Part shown: piece after piece, positions 36,625 to 50,123 of the stretch
Numbering within the stretch: position 1 is the stretch's first letter
Layout: the number at the start of each line of letters is the position of its first letter
DNA from: the human T2T-CHM13v2.0 reference genome, Homo sapiens
DNA: 64,000 nt
Strand: one strand, 5' to 3'
Assembly: GCF_009914755.1 (NCBI RefSeq)
Contig: NC_060937.1
Translations under genes and position numbers: made by a program
Notes under the pieces: generated by a model
Told to the model about the DNA's origin: nothing
The model's database searches: none
Seen by the model: only the letters and a program-made list of their open reading frames with translations

Positions 36625-39600
36625 CTATTTAATATTAACACATTTAATAATCAAAATCCCAAAGGTCAAGAATAATGGCTGGATTCTAAAAGCAACAAGA
36701 GAAAAGAAACAAGTAACATACAAAGGAGCTCCAATATGTCTGGCAGCAGACTTCTCAGTGGAAACCTTACAGGCCAGGAGAGAGTGGCATGACATATTTA
36801 AAGTGCTAAAGGAAGAATTCTTTTTTCCTGAAATAGTATACTCAATGAAAATATCTGTCAAACATGAAGGAGAATTAAATACTTTCCCAGACAAACAAAA
36901 GTTGAGAGATTTCATCAATACCAGACATGTCCTACAAGAAATGCTAAAGGGAATTCTTTAATCTGAAAAGAAAGGACTTTATTAAGCAATAAGAAATTAT
37001 TTGAAGGTACAAAACTCACTGGTAATAGTAAGTTCATAGATAAACACAGACTATTAAAACACTGTAATTGTGGTGTGTATTCATATTTTGAGTAGAAAGA
37101 CTAAAAAATGAACCTACCAAAAATAATAACTACAACAGCTTTTCAAGACATAGAAAGTGTAATAATATATAAATAGAAACAACCAAAAGTTAAAAATTGG
37201 GGGAATGAAGTTAAAGTGTAGTTTTTATTAGTTTTCTCTTTGCTTGTTTGTTAGTGTGGTTTCACAATCACTGTTAAGTTATAATCAGTTTAAAATAATG
37301 GATTAAGATATTATTTGCAAGCCTCATGGTTACTGCAAATAAAAAACACAACAGATACACGAAAATAAAAGCAAGAATTAAAACATGCCACCAGAGTAAA
37401 TCACTTTCACTAATAAGAAAGCAAGAAGGAAAGAAGACAAGACCAGACCACAAATCAACCAGAAAACAAATAATAATATGGAGGGAGTAAGTACTTACTT
37501 ATCAGTAATAACATTGAAAGTAAATGGCCTAAACTATTCAAAAGACATAGAATGGCTGAATGGATTAAAAAACAAGACCCAGGGATCTTGAAATTCACTT
37601 CACCTATAAAGATACATAGAAACTGAAAATAAAAGGATGGGAAAAGATTTTCCATGCAAATGGAAAGCAAAAAAGAACAGGAGTAGCTATGCTTATATCA
37701 GACAAAATAAATTTCAAGGCAAGCACTGTAAAAAGAGATAAAGAAGTTTATTATATAAAGATAATGGGGTCAATTCAGCAAGAGAATATGACAATTGTAA
37801 ATACATATGCACCCAACACTGGAGCACCTAGACATACAGATCAACTATTAACAGAGCCAAAGAGAGAGATAGACCCCGATATGATATGAGCTGGAGACTT
37901 CCAGACCCCATTTTTGCCACTGGACAGATAACACAGAGAGAAAGTCAATGAGCAAACATCAGTCTTAATCCTCACAAATGGACTTATTAGCTATTTATGG
38001 AACATTTCATCCAACAGCTGCAGAATGCACACTCTTCTCCTCAGCACATGGGTCATTCTCAAGGATAGGCAATATATATTACACAAAAAACAAGTCTTAA
38101 AACATTCAAAAAAGTTGAAATTATATCAAGTATATTTTCTGACCACAATGCTATACCTCTAGAAATAAATAACAAGAAGAGCTTTGGAAACTACCTAAAC
38201 ACATGGAAATTAAACAATACGCTCCTGAATGATCAGTGGGTCAATGAAGAAATTATGTAGGAAATTAAACAATTTCTTAAAACCACAAAAAACATGAAAC
38301 TGTGGAAACACAGTAAACCATAACCTATGGGATACAGGAAAAGCAGTACTAAGAGGAAAGTTTAAGCTGTAAGTGTCTACATCAAAAACGTAGAAAAGCT
38401 TCAAATAAACAACCTAATCACGCATCTTAAATAATTAAGAAAGCAAGAGCAAACCAAACCCAAAATTAGTAGAATAAAAGAAACAATAAAGATAAGAAAT
38501 AAATGAGATTGAAACAAACAAAATTACAAAAGATCAATGAAAGAAAAGATTAGTTTTTTGAAAAGATAAAGCAAATGACAAACTTTTAGCTAGGGTACGA
38601 AGAATAAAGAGACCCAAATAAATAAAATCTTTGATGAAAAAGAAGACATTACAACTGATACCACATAAATTAAAATGATAATTTGAAGCTACTTTGAGAA
38701 ACTATATGCCAATAAAATGGAAAACCTAGAAAGAAATGAATAAATTCCTAGACATATACAACCTACCAAGACTGAACTGTGATGAAATCCAAAACCTGAG
38801 CAGACCAGTAACAAGTAATGAGATTAAAGCCATAATAAGGTCTTCCAGCAATGAAAAGCCTGGGACCTGATGGATTCACTGCTGAATTTTACCAAGCATT
38901 TAAAGAAGAACAAATACCATCCTACTTGAACTACTCTAAAAAATAGAGGAGAGAATAATTGAAAACTCTTTCTATGAGGCTAGTATTACCCTGAAGCCAA
39001 AACCAGACAAAGACATTTAAAAAAAGGAAAGAAAAAAGAAAAAAAACTACAGGCCAATATTTTTAATGAATATTGATGCATAAATTCTCAACAAAACTCT
39101 AGCAAATTAAATTCAAAAACACATTACAAAGATCATTGATTATGACCAAGTGGGATTTTACTTAGGAAGTTTCAACATACACAAAAATAATCATTGTGAT
39201 ATACCCTATGAACAGAATGAAGGACAAAAACCATATTATCATTTCAATTGATGCTGAAAAATTAATTGGTAATGTTCAAAATCCCTTTGTGATTTAAAAA
39301 CCATCAAACAACTGGGTATAAAAGGAACACACCTCAACACAATAAAAGCCATATATGACATACTCACAGCTAGTATCTGTGATAAAATGGGATAAAACTG
39401 AAAGCCTTTCCTCTAAGACCTGGAACATGACAAAAATGCCCACATACACCGCTGTTATTCAATACAGTCCTGGAAGTCTGAGCTACAGTAATCAGACAAC
39501 AGAAAAAATAAATAAATAAAGAGAATGCAATTGGAAAGGAAGAAATCAAATTATCTTTGTTTGCAGAGGATATAATCTTATATTTGGAGAAACTAAAGAC

Positions 39601-42600
39601 TCCACCTAAAAACTATTAGAATTAATAAACAGGTTCAGTAAAGTCGCAGGACATAAAATCAATATACAAAAATCAGTAGCATTTCTACACACCAACAGTG
39701 AACACTCTGACAGAAGATATCAGGAAAATAATATCTATTTACAATAGCTACAAATAAAATAAAATACCTAAAAATAAACTTAACCAAGAAGTAAAAGATC
39801 TCTAAAATAAAAACTATAAAATTTGATGCTACAAGTTGAAGAGAACACAAAAAAAGGAAAGATATTCGATGTTCATGGATTAGAAGAATCAATATTGTTA
39901 AAATGTGTATACTATCCAAAGCAATCTATGGATTTCATGCAATCCCTATCAAAATACCAATAGCATTCTTCACAGAAGTAGAAAAAACAATCCTAAACTT
40001 TATATGGAACCACAAAAGACACAGAATAGCCAAAGCTACCCTGAGCAAAAAGAACAAAACTGGAGGAATTGCATTACCTGACTTCAGATTATACTACACA
40101 GCTATAGTAACTAAGACTGCATGGTACTGGCATGAAAACAGACATACAGACCAATGGAACAGAATCGAGAACCCATAAACAAATTCATACATTTACAATG
40201 AACTTATTTTTGGCAAAGTGGACAAGATCATGCACTGAGGAGAGGACAGTCTCTTCAATAAGTGGTGCTGGGAAAACTGGATGTTCGTATGCAGAAGAAT
40301 GAAACCAGACCCCTGTCTCTCACCATATACAAAAACCTTATCAAAATAGATTAAAGACTTAACTCTAAGACCCCAAACTATAAAACCACTAAAATAAGAC
40401 ATTGAAGAAACTCTCTAGGACATTGGACTAGGCAAAGATTTCTTGAATAATACCCCTAAAGCACAAGCAACCAAAGAAAAAATGGACAAATGGGATCACA
40501 TCAAGTTTAAAAGCTTCTATAGAAACAATGAACAAAGTGAAGAGACAACCCACAGAATGGGAGAAGATATTTTTAAACTACCCATCTGACAAGAGAGTCA
40601 AAATCAAAATATATATGGAGCTCAAACAGCTGAATAGGATAAAAAGCTAATAATCCAATTTTAAAATGGGCAAAAAGTCTGAATAGATATTTCTCAAAAG
40701 AAGACATACAAATGGTAAACAGGCATATGAAAAAGTGCTCCACGTCATTGATTATCAGAGAAATGGAAATCAAAAGTACAGTGAGATATCATTTCACCCA
40801 GTTAAAATGCCTTTATCCAAAAGACAAGCAGTGACAAATGCTGGCAAGGATGTGGGGAAAAGGGAACACTCATACACTGTCGGTGGGAAAGTACATTAGC
40901 ACAATCCCTATGGTGAACAGTTTGGAGGTTCCTCATAAAAACTAAAAATAAAACTGCCTTATGATCTAGCTACCCAACAGCTAGGTATTTACCTAGAAGG
41001 AAATCAGTGTATCAAAGAGATATCTGCATTCCTATGTTTATTGCAACACTATTCACAAGAATCAAGATTTTGAAGCAACCATAGTGTGTCCAGAATTGGT
41101 TCCTTCTGGTAGGTTCTTGGTCTCACTGACTTCAAGAATGAAGCCACGGACCGTCGCGGTGAGTGTTACAGTTCTTAAAGATGGTGTGTCCGGCGTTTGT
41201 TCCTTCAGATGTTCAGATGTGTCTGGAGTTTCTTCCTTCCAGTGGGTTCGTGGTCTTGCTGACTTCAGGAGTGAAGCCACAGACCTAGTGTTACTGCTCA
41301 TAAAGATAGTACAGACCCAAAGAGTGAGCAGCAACAGGATTTATTATGAAGAGCAAAAAACAAAACTTCCACACTGTGAAAGGGGACCCAACCGCGTTGT
41401 CACTGCTGGCTCAGGTGGCCAGCTTTTATACCCTTATTTGGCCCTGCCCATGTCCTGCTGATTGGTCCATTTGACAGAGCACTGATTGGTCCATTTTACA
41501 GAGTGCTGATTGGTGCTTTTTTACAGAGTGCTGACTAGTGCACTTACAAACCTTTAGCTAGACACAGAGTGCTGATTGGTGTGTTTACAATCCTTAGGCT
41601 AGACAGAAAAGTTCTCCAAGTCCCCACTCAACCCAGAAGCCCAGCCAGCTTCACCTCTCAATAGTGTCCATCAACAGATGAATGGATAAAGAAAATGTGG
41701 TTCAAGAAAGACACATAGACCAACAGAACAGCAAAGGGAACCCAAAAACATATTCATATATTTACAGTGAACTCATTTTTGACAAAGGCACCAAGGACAT
41801 GCAGTGGGAAGGAAAGTCTCTTCAATAAGTGGTGCTGGGAATACTGGATATCCACATGCAGAAGAATACAACTAGACCCCTATCTCTCACCATTCACAAA
41901 TATCAAATCAAAATGGATTAAAGACTTAAATCTAAGACCTCAAACTATGAGACTACTACAAGAAAACATTGGGGAAAACATCCAGGACATTGGACTGGGC
42001 GAAGATTTTTTTCAGTAACACCACACAAGCACAGGCAACCAAAGCAAAAATGGACGAATGAGATCACGTCAAGTTTAAAAGCTTCTGAACACCAAAGAAA
42101 ACAATCAACAAAGAGAAGAAACAACCAACATAATGGAAGAAAATATTGGCAAACTACCCATCTGACAAGGGATTAATAACCACACTATACAAGGAGCTCA
42201 AACAACTCTATAGGAAAAACTCTAATAATCTGATCAAAAGATGGGCAAAAGTCTAAACAGACATTTCCCAAAAAAAGACATACAAAATGGCAAACAGACA
42301 TATGAAAAAGTGCTCCACATCGCTGATCATCAGAGAAATGCAAATCAAAGTTACAATGAGTTATCATTTCACAGAAGTGAAAATAGCTTATATCCAAAAG
42401 ACGGGCAATAACAAATCCTGGCAAGGATGTGGAGAAAAGGGAATCCTTGTACACTGTTGGTGGGAACGTAAATTTGTGCAAGCACTATGGAAAACAGTTT
42501 GGAGGTTCCTCAAAAAACTAAAAATTGAGCTACCGTATCATCCAGCCATCCCACTGCTGGATATATACCTAAAAGAAAGGAAATCAGTATATTGAAGAGC

Positions 42601-43197
42601 CATCTGCACTACTATGTGTGTTGTAGCACTGTTTGCAACAGCTAAGATTTGGAAGCAACCTAAGTGTTAGTCAACAGACAAATGGATAAAGAAAATGTAC
42701 GTACACACAACGGAGTACTATTCAGCCATAAACAGAATGAGTTCCAGTCATTTGCACCAACATGAATGGAACTGGAGATCATTATGTTAGCTGAAATAAA
42801 CCAGGCACAGGAAAACAAACATGCTTGTTCTCATTTATTTGTGGGTTCTAAAAATATGGACATAGAGAATAGAAAGATGGTAACCAGAGTCTGGGAAGTG
42901 TAGTGGAGGGTGGGGAGTGAAGTGATAATGGTTAATGGGTACAAAAAAATAGAAAAAATGAATAAGACTTACTGTTTGATAACACAACCAGGTGACTATA
43001 GTCAATAACTTAACTGTACATTTTAAAATAACTTAAAGAGTGCAATTGGATTGTGTGTAACTCAATGGAGCAATGCTTGAGGGGATGGATACCCCATTCT
43101 TTAAGTTGCTTATTTCATATTGCATGCTTGTATCAAAATATGTACCCCATACACATATATACCTATTATGTGCCCACTAAATTAAAAATTTAAAAAG
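36625..43197 (+). mobile_element. L1MA (MA1-4-like) from mid-ORF1 to 3' end, with long inter-ORF spacer, ~1-kb repeated 3' ORF2 segment and an LTR12 insertion
   Basis: METLQARREWHDIFKVLKE; ORF2 start ~37478; 3' end 'atgcttgaggggatggataccccatt...tatgtgcccactaaattaaaaa'. Confidence 0.85.
41085..41660 (-). mobile_element. Solo LTR12 (ERV9; short LTR12F-like), 576 bp
   Basis: TG...CA termini; TSD atag (41081-41084, 41661-41664); CCAAT boxes (attgg at 41461, 41485, 41509, 41575); TATAAAA on the minus strand at 41424-41430. Confidence 0.93.
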
Positions 43198-43830
43198 TAA
43201 TAATGTTATCTAAGAAGTCGTTGCAGAAGTCACTTTGCAATAATCTAAACTAATACATTCTTCCGTATGAATAGGTTTCCTTTACGCAGTGACTGCTCAG
43301 AGAATAAGCAGCAACCACACACTCTGTTTCCCTTTCCAAACTAAGTCCTAGCGTAAAGGAACACAATCTTTCTCCTTTTCTATTATTTTAAAAGGGAATT
43401 TTTGGTAGTTTAACACATTCATTAAAGGTTTTTTTTGTATCGGTGTAATTATATGTTATTATTTATAACAGTTAAAATTTGAAAGCAATCCTAACATCTG
43501 AGTACTAGAAAATCCCTAATGTAGTCAATCAACAAAATGTCCTGAAGCTACTATAAAACATTTTTTATAAACTAGATATGAATATATGGTTATGCTGGTG
43601 ATTCAATGTTAAATCATAAAGGTAGAATTATGTATAGTATATGGGTATGTATATACATGCATATATATGCATATACATATCATATGCTATTTTCATATGA
43701 ATCTTTATATGTACTCAAGGAAAATAGATATACACCACAATATTGCATGGTGAATATCTTTGGTAATAGTTCATTGGGGATTTTATTAGTTCAATTTATT
43801 TTTTCAAAGTTAAAAAATAAACACATATTT

Positions 43831-44126
43831 GGCTGGGCACCATGGCTTACACCTGTAATCCAAGCACTATGGGAGGCCGAGGCAGGCAGAGCACTTGAGG
43901 TCAGGAGTTCGAGACTAGCCTGGCCAACATGGTGAATCTCTGTCTCTACAAAAAATACAAAAATCAGCCAGGTGTGGTGGCATGTGCCTGTGGACCCAGC
44001 TACTTGGGTGACTGAGGTAGGAGAATCACTTGAACCCAGGAGGTGGCAGTTCCAGTGAGCCAAGATCACACCACTGCATTCCAGCGTAGGCGACAGAGCC
44101 AGACTCTGACTCAATAAATAAATAAA
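43831..44126 (+). mobile_element. AluS (Sz-like)
   Basis: Full dimer with (AAAT)n tail. Confidence 0.92.
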
Positions 44127-45353
44127 TATTTATTTTAATTTATTTAATTAAAATATTAATCTTAAATTCAGAGAAAAAGTTTTGTGGACCAAGTACTACT
44201 AATTCTAGGAAGTTGTTTTTTATTATTATTCTATGCTTTTGGCTCCATTAATCCTACGGATCTTTTTGATGTATTCTCAGTTTTAAGTACAGATTCAAAC
44301 AGCATTTTTGATGTACATATACACACTCATATATGTTTGTGTATGTGTATATATGTATGTATATATATATATTTACATTATTTTTATTCTTTTACATAAT
44401 CCTGCCATGTGGTTTCTAAGTGGCATTGCTCTTTCTAGTGCTCTCTTCTCTCTCTTTTTGTAAGCCTTTGGGAGCAGCTCAAGGAAGAAGTAGAGGAGAT
44501 AATTTGTTTTTTATTATGTGAAAAACACTGACAAATGAAATAAGACAACTTAGAAACGATCTCCTCTTTTGCAATTCTTTATACTTGATACATTTCATAA
44601 ACAAAGACCAATTTTGTTTTCAAAGAAAGAACGAAATTTCCCTGGTGATGAATTACCAGGGTAAGGGGTGAATTACCACCCCTTACCACGGCAATGATCC
44701 ATTTGATGCAGGGCCAAAATGTTTTCAAAATGTTTCTTGTTGCCAGAGTCACCAAATTTCCCCATACTTCTCAAAATTCATTTCGAGGCCTGAGTTTGGC
44801 ATTACTTCAGATCATCCAACTCCATATACTGCAATGTTTAACCACAAATTTTCCATGATTAGGAAATAAGTTAAAATACATAACACATCAAAGATTTTAA
44901 TCCACCAATTATAAAATTATCATGGTTTCTCCATTTTAGTAATCATTTTCAGTGAAAAATAAAAGTTTCAGAATGTTTTGTCATAATTGACCATTTGTTT
45001 TAACTCATCATTTCCTGTTGGGAGTAAAATCATGGATATAGGCTACTTAAGTGTTCTATTATTCTCCTTTTTATCCTCATAACTAATGCTCTACTCCTAG
45101 ACTACAATAATTGATAGAACCCTAGATGCTGATAGACATATACATAGACAGGAAGAAATAGAACTATTGGGAATGTACATTCAGATATTTTTCAAACTTT
45201 AATATCTACTACACTCTGTATAGTAGATATTGTGCTCCCTTTTATAGACATAAGAAAACTAAGATTTGCGCTAGCTGAGAAATTCGACCGGGGTTACATA
45301 ATTTACAAGTTAGGAGTCATCTTGCAGTTTCATGCTCATTCCAATGCTCATTC

Positions 45354-45832
45354 TGGGTTAGGAGGTGGGAACTGACTCCAAAGGTAGGGCTCAGACACTG
45401 GACCAAATTGAGGACTAACTAAAATAGGGGTGAGGTGGAAGCAGCTTTCCATAAGACACGCCCACCACTAAGCCATGGCAACACCTGGGAATTACCACCC
45501 CTTACCATGGCAATGACCCAATGACTCAGAAGATACTACATCTTCCCTAGAAATTTCTGCATAAACTATCCCCTAATCTATATGTAATTAAATGTAGGTG
45601 TAAATATGACTGCAAACTGCCCTGAGCTGCTACTCTCAGCATACTGTCTATGGGGTAGCCCTGCCCTACAGGAGCAGTCATGGAGCTGTGACACCCTGGA
45701 GTTGTAACACTGCCACTTCAATAAAGCTGTTTCCTTCTATCCTACCACTGGCTCACCCTTGAATTCCTTCCTGGGCAAAGCCAAGAACCCTCACACACTA
45801 GGCCCACTCTGGGGCTCATCTGCACTGCATCA
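45354..45832 (+). mobile_element. Solo ERV1 LTR, MER41-family (C/E-like), 479 bp
   Basis: TG...CA termini; TSD attc (45350-45353, 45833-45836); AATAAA at ~45720; 'gcagctttccataagacacgcccacca' and 'gccatggcaacacc'. Confidence 0.8.
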
Positions 45833-47079
45833 ATTCTATCTTTCTTCACAGTTAAATGAGTCTCTTGAATCACTTAAATTCGCCCCAAATCTTGATTCTA
45901 GATTAATGTTTCTAAAGCATAGTTCTGAGATACTAGTCCCTGGCTCAAAGCCATCATGAATACCTTTGCTTTCAAACTAGACTTGCAGACTCACTTATCA
46001 ATCTTTAAGAACATACACATATATTTTAATAGAATGAGGCTGCATGTGCTCTGGTGCCTTATATTTTTTGAACGTGTTCACACTTACAAGTAAGCCATTC
46101 TGCTCTCCACAGTTCTCGAGATAATTTCATTCATTAAACGTTGTCACACATGTCCCAACAGTGTAGCTTATCCGATCACCTCTCATGTCCCACTAAACTC
46201 ATGGAACCTTTAACTCCACATTACATGATAAATATTTGTGCACTCTTTGTGTTGTTAATTTATACCCCACCTTGTATTAAAAATTTTAAATGTATGGTTT
46301 TCTTCAATGATACCCTTAAATAACAGTATTAAAGATTAAATAATAATGTATTCTACAGACATCCAGCTCTGAAGCCATGAAGTATTCTCTCTCCTTCCTA
46401 TCTTCTTCTCCTTGTGTTTTTAAACAGTATCTTATTAGACGTGTGGATTCAGGAAATGCCTGTTAACTTCATTTCAACTTAAAAAAAAGCACTCCCATAA
46501 AATGAAGATAGGATGAACACACAGTTAATTATGTTTTAAATATTTTGTGCTTTTTTTAATTCCATTTTTTTCTTCTAGTGATTAATGCCATCCTCAGAAG
46601 ACCTGCCCATTTCAAAATAGGGGAGAATTTGATACTTAAATTTACAATATGTGCTTAAATTATTTTTACTTATATGTGAAATTCCATTTTTAATTATTTT
46701 ACTTCAATCTTTAATTTTATAATGAGAGAAGAAAATGTTCATTACATGGAGGTGGACATAATCATTCTGTTATGAAGACAAGTCTCTTCTTCCCTAAAGT
46801 CAACTAATAAACATGTTTGCAAGTCATTCTGTGATTGGATCAGGCTGGCATTATGAGGCTGGGCAGCACTTTCCTTGTACTTCCTTCCTCTCCTCCATGT
46901 ACATAACCCAGAGGGTTTCTTCATGGTTCCAGAGACACTCAGGACTGTTCTTTAACCAAACCTTCGACTCATTTTGCCTATTTCCCTCCTGCAGCAACCC
47001 CACACACCAGGTTTCAATCTTACACCCACCAGTTCCCAGGAAGAAAGAGGGGGAAAGAAACAAGAGCCACTGGTCAAAA

Positions 47080-47300
47080 TTGGCTGAGATTGTGAGCTGG
47101 ACCCAGAAAGGAGCACCCCATTGGCTACAGCTGCCATTCATCTTGCCAGAGGCCACGCCCCTTCTTGGGTGCCCAGATGCAAACACAAATTGATACAAGA
47201 TTGCAAAGGCCTGGTCATCTTGATTCAATGTCAAATAATTACAAAGGGATAATCTGTATCCATGACCTAATTCCCTGTGTGTTGCAGCTTAGGTTTTTTA
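47080..47300 (+). mobile_element. LTR16-like ERVL LTR relic
   Basis: 'gaggccacgccccttcttggg...aaaggcctggtcatcttg' resembles the LTR16 core; highly diverged. Confidence 0.45.
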
Positions 47301-47320
47301 GCGGGAAGAATGTGCCCATG

Positions 47321-47600
47321 AGATGAATAATTTCTGGAAATCTAATGTACAGTATGGTGACTACATCTAACAGTATTGTATTATATACTTGAAATTTGGT
47401 AACAGAATAGATTTCAGATGTGCTCACCACACACACACACACACACACACAAATGGAAACTGTGTGAAATGATGGACGTGTTAACTCACTTGATTGTGAT
47501 CATTTCATAATATAAACATATATGTAATCATCACTTTATCCACCTTAAATATATACAATGCTATTTGTCTATTATACTTCAAAAAAGCTGGGAAAAAAAA
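47321..47600 (+). mobile_element. L1MA9/10-like 3' end with internal (CA)n
   Basis: 'atctaatgtacagtatggtgactac...tatttgtctattatacttcaaaaaagctgggaaaaaaaa'. Confidence 0.8.
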
Positions 47601-47794
47601 GATATGCCCTTGGGACCAAACTCTGTGGAAAGGAGGAGAAGAACAGAATCAAAAGAATGTCAGTCCCCTATTGTGTGCTCCTGTATGTGTGTGTGTATCT
47701 GTGCCTGGTGATTAAGTGGTTTCTGCCCCATCATGGCAGAAAAAAAAAAAATCAAAATGAAGGTTGATTACACTCTAAGCTATTTTCAAGCCTC

Positions 47795-47930
47795 ATGCTT
47801 GAAGGGATGAATACCCCATTCCTCATGATGTACTTATTTCATATTACATGCCTGTATCAAAATATAGACTTACTAGGTACCCACAAAATAAAAAATAATC
47901 TAAAATAAATAAAAAGTATAAAACAAAAAA
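47795..47930 (+). mobile_element. Very short L1MA 3'-terminal insertion
   Basis: Same 3' motif as 43074-43197 (atgcttga.gggatg.ataccccatt...tgtatcaaaatat) plus an A-rich tail. Confidence 0.8.
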
Positions 47931-49965
47931 ATGAGGCTTGATTATATAAAAGTGATAATATTTCCATGTCTCCATAATATTCTGGGGTTGCTGACTATTG
48001 AGATTATCTTGTGCTTCTTATGATGTTAGGTGATAGAAGTCGTGTCTCAAGGCATCATTCATGCAATTATGATTGAGTGTCGCTATTTGCACACTTGCTT
48101 ATTATCTTCCTCTACCACTAGGGTGATGGTTGTGAAAAGTCAGGGACACTGTCTGACTGTCCATTAACCGGAAAAGTTTGTCACCTAAAATTATCAATAA
48201 TTATTAACAACCATTGAATAAATTACCAAATTAATATTTTTTATAGGATTGTGTGAATAAGTGATACGCCTGTATACCCAGTCTTTATTATCTGGGGTTC
48301 TTTTTTTGTGGTTGTCTCCTTACAGTTTAAAAAAATTAGACAGTACATTGCCCCAAGACACTTTTGTTAGATGATTATTTCCGGAATGGTGAGTGCTTAA
48401 AATGTAGAATCATGTCTGCAGCAGAAGAAAACAAATTGGATGCAGAGAATGTCAAAATCCAGTTTCTTCACATTAGAGCACTGGCAAAAGAATAGACCAA
48501 AACTGGGCTATGCTGAACATGTACCAGAGATTGCCTGGTGTTGTGTTCTTCCTACCATGTGATCATTTCATTGTGGTATATCCCTCCTCTGCCCTTCTTT
48601 ACTGTAAATTAACATCCATATTATCACTATAAGTTATTTTGAACATTAGCCTTAATAAAAGAAAGAATATTAACTTCAGACGAAATTATGGCAGGCTTTC
48701 TCTGGCAGCTTCTAGGAAAACAGAAAGAACTATTATGGACCAATTTATATTCTTCCTGTTACAAATATTTTTCCAATAACAAATATAACAACTCCTAATT
48801 GTAGAAAATATAGGAAGCTATGAAGAAAATGATCATTTCATTCACTCCCACTTAGAGAATTTTTTCACATTTTCTTATTTTTGATATGTTTTTCTTATGG
48901 TGTTTTGTGTGTAGGTACATGTGCATATGTGTGTGTGTGCAGGTGTATGCCTGGTCTGAATTTATCTATCATACTTAAAGAATGAGTAATGCTACCTTTT
49001 AATTTATGTAATCAACATTTCTACCTTGCAAACCTTCTCCTCTGTACTGGAGAGAAGTGTAGTTTTCATGGATGCCAATCATGACCTTTCATCAAAGACA
49101 CCTCAGAGTTTATATCAGGCCAAGCCTGGAAGTCCCCAGTTTCCAGTAAGGTCACTGTACTGACCTTATTGCTGGGCTTCTGAACAAAACATGCAAATCT
49201 ACTTGGGGGGGGGACAGTTTCACAACAAATGCAACATCCACTGAACCAAACTTTGAGCCAAACTCAACATTTTTTGAGTCACCTGAGAGTTTTACCTCAG
49301 TTCCTAGGACTTCTTCGATCAGTTCCCATTCTCACTCTTAATTACATTTTATATTTACACCTCATTTACAATCCCTAAAAAACAAATTTTGAACTATTTA
49401 TTTAAGAGCTAATGTTATCTTCCCCTTCTTCAAAAGTTTCCTTTAACTCTCCCATTGTAATTATTTATTGATTATCTATGGAAATAAAAATCTTACTTTA
49501 CCAAAAGTAAGCCTAGAGTTTGCCCATGGCTGGGATTTCTGACCACATTCTCTTAAACCTCCAGTTGGATGGCACAGTGTTATGGAATGTTCCCAAATGA
49601 TTTCTCTGTGTCTGGAGGGTTTTATCTAGTGCTGCTTTGCCACTTGAGATAGGATCATCTTCTACCTCAAATGTTTGAGTGTGTAACGCACTGAATGAAT
49701 GGCATGTAGGTATCTTATTACTATTGTCATAAGATTAAAAAATAGGTACTGAAAAAGAGAGCATGCAAGTATTAACCAACGTAACTCCCCTCTTCATCGA
49801 TCATCGAGAAAGGGAACATAAAAAGATAAAAAGTCCATTTATCTCAAGCTTATCAAGCAATGGGCTTAGTATTTCTCATATTGTTGAGACAAAAGGGAGG
49901 CCCACCCCCATGCCAAACAGCTGGAGTGAGATGGATGTGTTTGGCAACTAACAAAAGACCTGTAA

Positions 49966-49997
49966 GAAGTATTAATATATATATTAGGAGACAGAAG

Positions 49998-50039
<42 letters not shown>

Positions 50040-50123
50040 TGCATATATATATGTGTGCTTCTGTATATATATATGCATATACATATATATGCTTCTGTCT
50101 CCTAATATATATATTAATACTTC
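49966..50123. repeat. Perfect 38-bp inverted repeat enclosing a ~(CA)16 microsatellite
   Basis: 49966-50003 is the exact reverse complement of 50086-50123; (CA)n at 50004-50036. Confidence 0.95.

Noticed and set aside
46742-47234. 126/127-aa overlapping ORFs as an exon or retrocopy
   Set aside because: No recognisable domain, and they partly overlap an LTR16-like relic.
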